A DNA stretch of 64,000 nucleotides, from assembly GCF_000372725.1 (NCBI RefSeq), contig NW_005201403.1, positions 1 to 64,000 of the forward strand. Direction: 5' to 3'. This DNA comes from Emiliania huxleyi CCMP1516. Lineage: Eukaryota. A program made the position numbers and the translations under genes. Positions within the stretch are counted from its first letter, which is position 1. Every line of letters starts with the position of its first letter. Below the pieces are notes generated by a model. It was not told the origin of the DNA, ran no database searches, and saw nothing but the letters and a program-made list of their open reading frames with translations. Of the stretch, positions 28,785 to 39,711 are shown piece by piece.

Positions 28785-29413
28785 CAAGCGGGTGTGTGAT
28801 AGGGGAGGGATGTGAAGGAGATGTATCTCGAGAGATATCTAGGACGCGACGGGGCAGCGACGGCAGGTGCTCAGTCCTCTCGAGCACACTTTACTGCACT
28901 AGTTAGGACAGCAATCTGCCGAAATGCGTTTTGAGATCGATCATTTTCCCGTCAGCAAACTCAGTCAGCAAAAAAAGTGGATAGCGCGAGACCGAGAAAA
29001 ACAATCTCGAGAGAGGTCGTTGATATCCTTTGGCCGCGCGGTTGGGTAGGAGAAGGAGGGGGTTGGTTTCATTCCCCTCCGCAATGAGGCTAGGCCGTTC
29101 GCTCGGCGATGTATCGACCATCAGCTGAATTCTCGATCTGTTTCTGTACCGTCTCGCGTCTGTGTCGTGCGAGGAGTTTTGTTGTAAAATTCTGTACCGT
29201 CTTCTTCTTGTGGGCAGGAGCAGCATTGATTGGCCTGCCCCGTCGCATGTTGGTGGCGACACCTTTGGAGGACCCCTGCTTCGAGGGGAGAGAGACATGC
29301 CATATTCACGCTGATATCTGCTTCTACGAGTACGTTGGGAGGTACCGGGTAGGTAGGAGGACAGCAGGCTCGGACTTGACCGGGACCACCCCTTTCAGAC
29401 AGTTGGCGGGAGG

Positions 29414-30475
29414 GTGTATATGCCCGGCGGCGGCTGGCCAATCGCGCCCGTTCTGCCAGCGCAGTTCGCCCCGCCATCCGAACGGAGACTCGGCGCTGCA
29501 CTCATCTTCACGGGCCACCTCCGCGACACATGCGAGAGGGCGGGCGGCGTCACGGTGCTGCAAACACACCAGCAGCGCTGCCACGAGGCGTTCAACCGCT
29601 CCTGCGATGTCTTCATTCATACCTGGGATGCTCTCGATTGGATTGGACCCAAGGCAAAGGGGCGAAGGTACGACACCCTGCAAGGTCAGCTCTCCGCAAC
29701 GAAATCTTGGCGCTGCGTGGCGCAGATTGCTGAGGCGTTGGCGCCAGTGAGCATAGCCGTCGGAACGCAGAACGACAGCGCGCTGACGTCAGACTCTCAT
29801 TCGTGGACAAACTGGGAGGCGCTGGGGGGGACACGAATGAACTCGGCCAGCATTGCTTTCGGGGTCGAGCTCATGCAGCGCCATGCGCACCTGAAAGGAG
29901 GTCTCTACTCGGCGGCAGTGCGCCTCAGAGCAGATGTTGGGAGCTCACGCTTCGCATCACTTACAAAAAAGAGTGAGTACCGACGCAACATCATCAGCTC
30001 CACGGGATGGGGGCACGTTGCCGCACGTGCTCGCCGGCTGCTACCCTCCCGCGAAGTCAACCAGTGCGGCCACCCAAACTTCAAGCACCTCGACTGGTGC
30101 TTCTGGAGTGCGCCAGCCGCTGCCATGGTCGCTCTCGGCAGCGCGCTGCACGCTGCCTGGGCCGGCGGGGGCGGCGCCTTTGCCGAGCGCTGCCGCAACC
30201 GTATCCTCGCCTCAAAGGTGGCCGCGTTTTCGGAGAATACACTGCTGTGCGCGATGCGGGAAGCGAACGTGACGCTCTCTCGGATGTGGGATTTCCTTCC
30301 TGAAGGCCAGGCGTTGTGCAGTTGCAATGTGAATGCGCCTGTAGACTCCATGTGGCGGGCACAGCAGGGAGCCTTCAAGCATGTCGGCGGGATCGCGAGG
30401 TTCCTCTGCGCCGCGACGGGGAAGATGCCGTTGGTCAGCGCCCAGGCGCCACCAGCACCGTGCGGCACCCCGTGA
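29414..30475 (+). CDS. Putative glycosyltransferase-like protein, start uncertain
   Basis: AALIFTGHLR ... DVFIHTWD ... YSAAVRLRADV resembles the A...SG..R / DVF.HTW / YD.V.R.R.D pattern of uncharacterised GT-like proteins. Confidence 0.55.
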   Translation: MYMPGGGWPIAPVLPAQFAPPSERRLGAALIFTGHLRDTCERAGGVTVLQTHQQRCHEAFNRSCDVFIHTWDALDWIGPKAKGRRYDTLQGQLSATKSWRCVAQIAEALAPVSIAVGTQNDSALTSDSHSWTNWEALGGTRMNSASIAFGVELMQRHAHLKGGLYSAAVRLRADVGSSRFASLTKKSEYRRNIISSTGWGHVAARARRLLPSREVNQCGHPNFKHLDWCFWSAPAAAMVALGSALHAAWAGGGGAFAERCRNRILASKVAAFSENTLLCAMREANVTLSRMWDFLPEGQALCSCNVNAPVDSMWRAQQGAFKHVGGIARFLCAATGKMPLVSAQAPPAPCGTP

Positions 30476-30986
30476 TGCGTGGACAGGCCGTGATACGCAG
30501 CAAATTTGCGGTGTTTTGCCGGACTTGTGCTCTCTCTTTGTTTCTTTCGGGTGCGGCCTGGCCGGGTGTCCCCGCCGCCTATCCGCCGACGCTGTTCAAA
30601 TACAACGGAGTGAAAAAAGTACTAGCAGCTCCTTCCCGTATTAACTCCAGAGTGACTCGCAGCAGTAACAACAGAACAACAGTGGGGCTCCCCAGAGGTT
30701 GAGCGCAACCACGAAGCTGATGAAATCCTCCGCCGAGTTGATTGGGTGGAGCTCCTGCGCGAAGGCACTTGCGCCATCCTTGATGTGTTCGAGCTCGTGG
30801 AGACCGAGATCGTCGAGCCAGCTCGCCATCGGGGACCGAAAAAGCAGATCCCAGAATAACAGATCGCGTGACGCGCAATGTTCTTTCTCTCTGTGTGATT
30901 TCGTGCTCGATACCCCCGGGTACGGACGGGGGTACACCTGTTCATTGGCCGGAATGAGCTCATTAGGACGAAGCGGGAGATGTATT

Positions 30987-31178
30987 CACACCGCAGAAAC
31001 CAGACCCACGGGCAGATCCCGCGGGAAATCGAGGCGGGTGTCCCAGAAAACAGATCCCAGAAAAAACAGAGCGCACCGCAGAAACCGACCGACCCCTGGG
31101 TTTTCGGCTATGCGAAACCGCAATGGGAAACCGGAGCAGAAACCCTATGGGAAACCGAGGTCTGGTATCTGCTTTGTG
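30987..31178. mobile_element. Possible MITE with imperfect 20-bp TIRs and internal GAAAC(C) repeats
   Basis: CACACCGCAGAAACCAGACC versus the reverse complement of GGTCTGGTATCTGCTTTGTG (3 mismatches); no clear TSD. Confidence 0.5.
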
Positions 31179-31582
31179 CACGAATGGTAATACCCGAAAA
31201 TATACACCCGGAAACCCCCAGGATTTTGGGTTTTACCCGGATTTTTTGGCATTTTCTGCTTGCTGAGGCTACAACGTTAAGGATTTCAGCCAACAGCAAC
31301 ACTAGCGCAACTGTTTAGGCCCCAAAGTTAAAATGTTAAACAGCTCTAGCAGTGCACAGAGTCACCGACGAGTCGGTTTTCGCGTGACTCCTCGACCTCG
31401 TGTCCCGTACCGTCCTCACACATCCATAAACTCTTTGGCCTCACTGAAGCGATGCCTCAATCCTGAATCCTCATATTTTAGATTCGGATTTAGGTCGACG
31501 TCCTCCACACACGCAAGTGGGGGCCCGAAATGGGTAGCACATATCGCGGCGTTTCGTTGAACGCGTGTTCCTTTCATTTCTC

Positions 31583-32650
31583 TCATGCTACCCACGCAGT
31601 GACCGCGATCCTGTCCGCCTTGGTGGGCAGCACCTCGTGCACCATCGCGCCGCTCAGAAAGCAGAGCAGCCGCCCGCCGATCGGCGGGATGTCCATCGTG
31701 CTGCCGGCCGTGCCCCTCGCCCCCTCCGGCCTGGCCTTCAGCCCGGTCGCATTCTCGCAGTCGGCCCTGGTCAGCCGCAAGCAGCCCTCACTCGCCTCGA
31801 CCCAGGTAGAGTTGCAGTACAGGATGCAGGTCACCTTGCGCTCGCGGCTCTCTGGCCGCGGGTCTGCGGTCGCGTCTGTGTGCCGCCGGTACCGCGCCTG
31901 CTTGCCCCCAGAAAAGTGGGCCAGCTGCACCTCCAGCCGGCTGCCGACGCCCTCCATGAGCTCGCCGAGGTCGACCGCCAGGGCGTCGAATCGCGGCAGG
32001 ACGCGGTCCGCAAACACAGGCTCACACGCCGGCCGCTCGCCGGTCTTGAGCCACGTCGCGAGGTCGGTGCGAGCGTGGCGCGGCTCTGGCGCCCGCCACT
32101 CGACGCCGTCGCTGCCGCCCTCCGCCCAGCCGCACGCGGATGCCGCAGCGAGCCTCTCGACCTCTGCCACTGCCTCCGCATCCATCCAGTCGTCGACAAC
32201 CGCCCAGCCGTGGCGAACGAGATGCGCCGCCGCCACACGACCGAGGCACGGCAGGTGAAGCTCGTGGATCCGCTCGAGGGCCACGCTGAAGAGGCGGGAG
32301 CAGGTCGCAAACGCGTCCACGCCTGCACGGCAAGTGCGTAGTAGGTGTTCTGAGAGATGCGAGTGGTGCGGCGGGAGGAGAGACGGGCCTTGGGCGGAGC
32401 AGAGAAGCCTTGCAGACTGCACGCCTATCCGAATGCGAAAGGCTGCCGCGTGTCTGTGAGGCGGCTGCTGCCCTCCCGACAAGTGTGATATGAGGCACCT
32501 TTGACGCCGCGCAGTAAAGAATAGAGGCTCGGTCCTCCATCCGCAGCAGGAGAGTCCGCGGAGAGAGCCTGCGGATGACGCGGCGTCGTAGAGGTCGGTC
32601 GCACTCATCTCGCCGTCAGTCGGCAACACCTCGATCTCGCAACGCAGCAT
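31583..32650 (-). CDS. 2OG-Fe(II) oxygenase, EGLN/SM-20 prolyl-hydroxylase-like
   Basis: YRRHTD (HxD), RKVTCILYCN..W...GCLRL, PIGGRLLCFLS, HEVLP....RIAVTAW. Confidence 0.88.
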   Translation of the reverse strand: MLRCEIEVLPTDGEMSATDLYDAASSAGSLRGLSCCGWRTEPLFFTARRQRCLISHLSGGQQPPHRHAAAFRIRIGVQSARLLCSAQGPSLLPPHHSHLSEHLLRTCRAGVDAFATCSRLFSVALERIHELHLPCLGRVAAAHLVRHGWAVVDDWMDAEAVAEVERLAAASACGWAEGGSDGVEWRAPEPRHARTDLATWLKTGERPACEPVFADRVLPRFDALAVDLGELMEGVGSRLEVQLAHFSGGKQARYRRHTDATADPRPESRERKVTCILYCNSTWVEASEGCLRLTRADCENATGLKARPEGARGTAGSTMDIPPIGGRLLCFLSGAMVHEVLPTKADRIAVTAWVA

Positions 32651-33127
32651 CGAACGCGCAGCCTGCGCAGCAAGAGCTCAGGCAGCAGGGTCAGGGGCCG
32701 TGGAGATTTAGGTCGGAGAGGACGGAGGCGTGACCAGGAGAATCTCGTGTCTGCTGGTGTCTTCTTGGTTTAGCCCTTGTGCTTGTGAGAGAGGCTTGTA
32801 TTTGAAGAATTCTTTGTCCGTCCTCTCTCAGTGTATGTGGCTTTTACCTACATTTAGGAGAATCTGCGTTTTTACCCCGATCTCTTTTTGAGATTTTCAA
32901 TACCAAACAACTCTAACTAATTTTGTGAGAGAGAGATTTTTAGCAATACCAAACAACTCTAACACTCACACGTTGCTAATTTTGTTGCTTTTTGACCGCG
33001 CAAGACATAAGGGTGGCTCAGGGCTCTGCCCGCAAGGCGCCCGCGTCGCCGACGCGGTACCATTGACTAATCCCCGAATCACACCCACACGACCAAATAG
33101 AGAACAAATAGCGAAAATCTGAATACC

Positions 33128-34295
33128 GTGCAAAAATCACCCTCGGGTATGTTCGTAAGAGCTACATACACTGAGAGAGATGGCACTTGCAAATCAGGAA
33201 GCCCGTACGCGCGGGCGCTTGCTGCCATCGAGACTATCTGGAACTGGTTCGATTTGCAGAAGGAGTGGCGCGCCCTCGACGACTACACGGCAGCCAACTG
33301 GCAGCCCGGCGACACCAAAATACGTCTACGCGAGTCCATCCGCTACGTCTCAACTGCGCAGCCTTACGCGGGGCGGTGGCTCGACACAAAACTCGACGGC
33401 AGCAACGCCACATGCATTCCAGACGACATATTCATCGGCGAGCTTCAGCGCCGAAACGGCCTTCACCTCTCGCAGTGCCGCTCGACTGTCACGCGGGCAC
33501 TCGAACTTGGGGACACAGTCGGTGGTGCAAAGGACTACCATGGCGACTGGTTCCTCAACAACGCCGCCCGGCGGCGCCCACACGACGGCGTACTTCGCGC
33601 CTGGTACGATTGTGTCCACGCCGTCTCCGTCTCCCGGCCCGTTATGGGAGATGCCGAAAAGCCAGAACTCACCAAACAGTTCAACGAGGGCTACAAGACC
33701 GACCTGGCTGAACCGGGCGAGGCTCCCGGGGGCAAAGACGAGATCAGTGAGGTCAAACTTTGGACCCCCCTCCGGGGTGGCTTGCCCGTTGGGGTCGGCC
33801 GCGCCGACACCGGAGGCAACCCCGGCTCCGTTGGAGACAAGTTCGCCTTCGGCAACACCGAAGAGCGCGCCCGCCTTGCAAACATGGGCTGCAAGCAACG
33901 CGGGTTCCGTGGTCAACGGGCGTTCGACCACACCACCGGCCAAGGCTACGTCAAGTCACAGCGTGGCCACTACCATGATGGGATCTTCACCAAACGCAAC
34001 AAGTTCAACCTGCTTCTCCACGAGACATTCGGCGGCGGCTTCTCGCCGCCAGCAGTTGCGAAGATCAACCGCCTTGCGCGCAAGGCTCAACGCTCGGGCG
34101 TTGACCGCACCGCGTACCCTCCCCACTCCCGCCTCTCATTTGTGTCACACCACGCGGAACGCATCTCCATCGCTTCGGTGAAGGGGGTGAACCGTGCCAT
34201 CCTCGATCGCCGTGCAAAGCTCGCTTCCGAGCTCTCACGCCGCGCGTAGGGCCCTTAGGGGCCTAGAGAACACAACCCCCTCTCTCTTTTCTCCC
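33128..34295 (+). mobile_element. 5'-truncated non-LTR retrotransposon 3' end encoding a restriction-like endonuclease (CRE-like)
   Basis: AGRWL...IPDDIF...LQRRNGL, D.HGD, PHD.V, TD...EVK (PD-(D/E)xK-like), HETFGG and RISIA..KG...AI; no RT domain present; CT-rich 3' tail. Confidence 0.7.
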
Positions 34296-35442
34296 AGTAA
34301 GCTAAAAGTACGAGTACACTGAGAGAGAGAGATAAGCTAAAAGTCAGTACACTGAAAACCCACGGAATCTGGGACGAAGAACGGTGACAAGTTTGGCAAA
34401 CGCTAAACATGGGCGACCCGGCGCTTCTATCGATTGGACGGACGAAATGATCGCGGAAAAGCGGGAGGACCGCATCGCGACATCGGGGGTTCACCATATA
34501 TGCCGAGCCTGCTCGGCCCGCCATGCGCGCGCGCGCCTCGCCCGAGCGCAGCCACCTGCGGACCTGGCCAGACTGTTCCTGGCTCGTGCCCAGCCTCTCC
34601 TTCCGCTGCCGCCGGCCTCGCAGTCCCGCCTGCCATCACGCTGCAGAGCCTGCGTAGACGCCACAGACGCCAATTCTGCAGCCCACAGCCCTGGCAACTG
34701 AGGGCGAGGGCCAGCAGTATACGACGACGACGACATCTCACACCCCGCGCTGGCCAGCGCCATCAGCCCCTCACGGCCCGGCCCAACCTCCCTTCGCTAG
34801 CGCCATCGCCTCCAGCGCCTCCAATCAAGTCGCACCTCTCTTCTTCAGCCAATGCAGCGGCAGCACCACGTCAGAGGCCGGGCCGACTGGCGGACCTGCA
34901 TGCCCAGCCATGCCCCCCACTCCCCACCCGCTTGGATCGATCAGCTGACAGCTCCACCAGCTCCCACCACCGCGTGTCGTGTCATGAAGCATGAGATAGA
35001 CATAGAAAGCATGAACCATCGAAAGGGGTCTGATCTCCAAAAAGAGCTCTCGGCCTGCCCCGCGCGCCCGCGCCCCGCCCCTTTTGCGCAGCAACACCTT
35101 AAATTTCATGGCCCTCCAAATTCGGGTCGGAGCGTAGCGGAGTGGGCCCCGAGTTTGAAAAAGGCGACGGACGCTTGCGTCCTAGCCTCCAACAACGCCT
35201 CCCCGGCGCAGAGGGGCCCCGGAGGGATGCTCAACCGCTCCACGCCACGCCGCTTGCGGCGGTCCTATTCCCAGCTTGTAGGGCCTTGGAGCACTTGGAG
35301 TGCAGTCATTAACCTCACATCCAGGGCCGGGGAGCTGAGAAGCGCACTCAGCGGGCCGGATGATCCGTCTGGCGGGCTCTTTCATTTTTTGTCAAGGCCG
35401 ATCACGGCCGCCGCCGCCGACCGCTGCCAACCGACCGCGCCG

Positions 35443-37438
35443 ATGCTCGCCTTCAACGTCAAGACGACCGAGCCGGTTCCGGTCGAGGAGCGGCTTCGGA
35501 GGCACGTCGACACTAGCCGGTTCCCGTCGGGACACGCCTTCCTCAAGGACCTGCAGGGCTGGCGGGAGAAGATGCGGAGCCAGCGGTTCGGCACGAACGG
35601 CGCCGAGGCGGTTCGCGACGGCCAGCTCCGCTACTACGCGCTCGCGACGCACGCGGAGCACCACTTTCGCACCGTGGACCTGAAAAACGAGGCCAAGGTC
35701 GTCTTCCGCTGGTACGACACCTTCTCGACGAGGAGGTTCGTAGACCAGCCCGACTGGGCCTTTGAGCGCGCCAGCGTCCTCTTCAACGTGGCCGGCGCGC
35801 TCTCGTACCTCGCCACGTCGCAGGAGCGGGGCGTCCGTCCGCGGTCCGTCTGAGTGCGCGTGCGATCAGCGGTCTGAGTGTGCGCCCGTAGGAGCGGGGC
35901 GACCCCGAGCAGATTAAGCTGGCGTGCCGCTACTTCCAGGAGGCGTCCGGCGTGATCAACGAGCTGCGCAAGATCGCGTCGAGCGCCTCGTGGCTCAGCT
36001 TCACGCCGGACATGACCGACGATTTTCTCGAGGCGCTCAGCTGCATCATGCTCGCCCAGGCGCAAGACTGCTTCTACGAGATATGGCGCTCTCTCCTTAC
36101 CCTAATCCTGACGCGAGCCCTAGCCCCTGCTCCAGGCGCAAAAGTGCTTCTACGAGAAGGCGGTTGCTGACGGCCGGTCGCACGCGATCGTCGCCAAGCT
36201 GGCGGCCGAGTGCGCCGCGCTCTACCAGGACGCGGGCCTCAAGCTCACGCACGCGGGCCGAGACCTGTCCATGACGTGTCCGAGACATGTCCAGGACGCG
36301 GGCCTCAAGCTCAAGGCGCCGCTGCTGCAGGAGGCGATCAGCTCCGAGTGGCTCGCCGTCGTCGACTGGAACCGCGCGCTCTTCGATGGCGTGCAAAACT
36401 ACTACGCACAGCGTCTCTTCACACCTCTAGCTGTGAATAGGCGCGCTCTTCGATGGCGTGCAAAACTACTACGCCGCGACGGCCCGACGGACCTAAGGCG
36501 GGTGCGGCGGCCTGCGGGGCCCCTCCTCCTCCGACCCTGCGGCATCGACCGCCATAGGCGCTCGGGGAGGCGGGCGAGTACGGCGCTTGCGTGTCGCGGC
36601 TGACGCGCGCCGTCCAGCGCCGAAGAGAAGGAGAGGGGCGAGGAGAGGGGCATGTGACCCGGGGCTGTGTGTGAGGTAGGCATGCCGTGAACCGTACGGC
36701 CGAGGCGGTCAACATGTGCCAGCGCCACTCGGCCGCGCTGCAAAAGCAGTTTCGCGACGCGCACGCGCTGGCCAAGGACGCGCACGCCAAGGCGAAGAAG
36801 GACAACGACTCGATCTACTTTGACCGCGTGCCGCCGTATGCGACGCTGCCGAAGCTGCCGCGGCACGCGCTCGTCAAGCCGCTCCTTCTAGGAAACCTTC
36901 TAGGAGCCTTCTAGGAGCCTTCTAGGAGCCTTCTAGGCACGCGCTCGTCAAGCCGCTCCGCCCCGAGGGGCTCGACGTGCCTCCGCCCGAGGTGCACGGC
37001 CGAGAACTAGCCGAGATACAGCCTCCGCCCCGAGGGGCTCGACGTGCCTCCGCACGAGGCGCCGCCGAGGCGCCGCCCCTTCCGACTCTCAACCCTTCAG
37101 CTGAGGGACCCCCCACCCCCCCACCACCACCCCACCCAAAGGCGCCTCCGTCGCCCGAGAAGCCAGACATCATCGGCGCGGCGGCGGCCTTCGGCGCGGC
37201 GAGCTTGGACGGCACGCCTCCGCCGCCCAGCTTCGATGAGGCGAGCAGCGCGGGGGTGGAGGACCTCGTCGCGATGGGCTTCTCGAAGGAGGCTGCGAGC
37301 GCGGCGCTCGCCCTCTGCAAGGCGCACTGGCCCTTCACCTCTTCACCAGTGCTGACGGGTCCGTGGCCTCTGAATCAGGCGCTCGCCCAGTGCAAGGGGT
37401 CGGTGCAAGAGGCGGCGGCGCTCCTCGTCGACTCGTGA
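35443..37438 (+). CDS. BRO1-domain protein (ALIX/BROX-like) with C-terminal UBA domain, multi-exon
   Basis: FRWYDTF, FERASVLFNVAG, MLAQAQ.CFYEKA, AKKDNDSIYFDRVP, and UBA-like VEDLVAMGFSKEAA..AL..C.GSVQEAAALL. Confidence 0.88.
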
Positions 37439-38091
37439 GGCGGCCTCCTCTACCCTCGCATTTCTGCGCCCCCTCGCGGAGCGCCGCCCAGGACCGCAGG
37501 CTGCAGGTCGTTGGGCGGCTTGCTCGTCGCTTCAGCAGTGGGTGCGGGAGGTGCTGGAGGTGCGGTATGCTGCCGCGCGCGGCGGCTTTGCTGCGGTACG
37601 TCGAGTGTGAGAGAGATCGGTGTTTGCGTTGAGTGTCGTGTCGCCGGGGCGGAGCGGTGTGGCCGTTTTCTCTCGTGTGTGTGCTGGGGGACTCGTGAAC
37701 CGCTGGCGGCCGGGGGCGCGACTGCAGCGACCATTGAGTGTGCGTACACGTGCGCACAATCGGAGCTCGGAGCTCCTCCAGGGCGAGGCCGATTCCTTTA
37801 CACACCAGGCGGCTTGCGGGAGGGGGGGATAACACAGATCTTACTTACCCCGCCCGCGCTTGGAACCGTTCGCTCGTGAGTCGTCCTGAGGCTTTCTCCG
37901 CACTGGTTAGACGGCAGAGCGCTGATGTTTTACCCTGGCGCAGCATCCCCCTGCGCCCTGGTTGCTGGTACACGCTTTCGTCATTCGTGTCGTCTTCGCG
38001 CGTGTGTCGCGTCTTTTCCGGGGGTGTCGTCTCTTCCGGGGGACCGTGGTCAGAGAAACAGACTGACGCACACGCTACAAGAAAGTAAAGA

Positions 38092-38460
38092 TCACGTTTC
38101 GCTGGCCGCGCCCGCGTCCTCCTCCTCGCCGTCTCGTCTCGCGACGGCGGCCGCCACCGCTTTCTTGAGCAGGCCAAACCGGATGTCGATGAGCCGCATC
38201 TGCCCAGCAGCCTCGCCGACACCGCCCTTCTCGTAGGCGGCGATGAGGTCCCGCATCAGCGGCAGCATCGAGGCGCCCTCCGGCGTCAGCTCGACCCGCG
38301 TCTCTGCCGCCCTCGCCTCTGCCTCTGCAGCCGCCGCCGCCGCCGCGGGCAGGTCCGCCGAGCGAGCCGCCGCGTCCGCCTGAGCGAGCTCCTCGTCGCG
38401 GAGCGCCCGCTCCCTGTCCGCCTCGAGCCACTCGGCCTCGTCCTCGTCGTCGATCAGCAT
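38092..38460 (-). CDS. Small acidic helical hypothetical protein
   Basis: 122-aa ATG-initiated ORF with coding-like composition. Confidence 0.5.
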   Translation of the reverse strand: MLIDDEDEAEWLEADRERALRDEELAQADAAARSADLPAAAAAAAEAEARAAETRVELTPEGASMLPLMRDLIAAYEKGGVGEAAGQMRLIDIRFGLLKKAVAAAVARRDGEEEDAGAASET

Positions 38461-39344
38461 ATACGTGTATGCCTCAGTGAAAACCAGCTGAGTGAGACTC
38501 CCAGAGCCGCAGGGCCTGGCTGGCAGAGAACCACGGTTTTTTTGTTTTTTGGAGCTAGACTTCGTTTGTTTTTTTGTTTTTTTTGAGAGCGCCTTCGTTG
38601 TTTTTTTCGGACCGCCCCTTTCCCTTCGCTTGGCAGGCCGCCGCCTGCACTCGGCTCAGCAGGCACGTGCTAGCACGTGCCTACCCCACCCCCCCCCCCC
38701 CCTCGATCCGGGATGTCTTCGGGCTCTGCGGAGTTTCTCCTCGGCTTCCTTCCGTTCGGCTCTACGTTCGGTACGTTCGGTGTGGCTCACCCTCCATGCC
38801 GTGAACAGGCGCTTTATCCACCCTATATTCTTCTCTCGCTCCTCCGCCCGTGCCTTGGTCTTGTCGTTGTTTCGCACCCATGTCTGTATGGCGATCGAGG
38901 CTGCCTTCCCCACTACCTGTAGTTCACTCGTCACCTCTCCTGCAAGCTCCCCTCTCTTTCTTTCGGGTATGGAGTCCGTGAGTGCGGGCAGCGTGCAGGC
39001 AATCACGGGCGCTATTTTGTCGTACTCCTCTTCGGCGAGCGCTCCAAATCTAGACCCCATTGCTTTTAAGGAGGCTGCCCTCGCGCGTCTCAGGAATGCG
39101 GCTGTGTCTTTTGAGTCAGGCGCCGCCCGTTCGACTCTTGCTGTCGCCCTCGCCGAGCCTCCGCCGCCTCCACCTCCGCCTTCAATCTCAATGTCCCACC
39201 CCCCTGCGCGCGGGCCTTCTAGGCCCGCGGGTAGACTCCCCCCATCCCCAGGGCCTCCAGGGCTCGCACCTCAACCTCTCATAGACCAGTGCAAAGCGCC
39301 ATAGGACGTATTTTCTTCCCATAACAAGGTCTGTGAATAGGAGG

Positions 39345-39485
39345 TATGTATGTATGTAGAAAGATGAACAACAGTCAGGCTCGGACTGGACACCAAAGCG
39401 GTATGGGTGGACGCGGGACAGATGATGACGACACGCACGAGCAACACACAGACACAAACAAGCTCACAAGACACACAGCCAGCTG
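39345..39485. repeat. Dispersed ~135-bp repeat, possible LTR remnant
   Basis: Second copy at about 59040-59175; adjoins the 42-bp motif also found upstream of the gag-like ORF. Confidence 0.65.
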
Positions 39486-39711
39486 GCTGCCACACACCCT
39501 GAGTTGGCGTACACATAACTCAAGGCCGCGCCCCCCCCCTGTCGCCTCCCCCAGCCAACGTGCCGAAGGAACAAACAAGGGCACAACAACACAACAGACG
39601 ACAGGGGCGAACGCGTGAGGGTAGGAGGTAATGAAAAAAAAGGCTGTGAAGGGTGGTGCACTCGAGTAGGCGCTGCGCGCGCTCATCTTGAACGGCATCT
39701 CGCCAAGCCGC

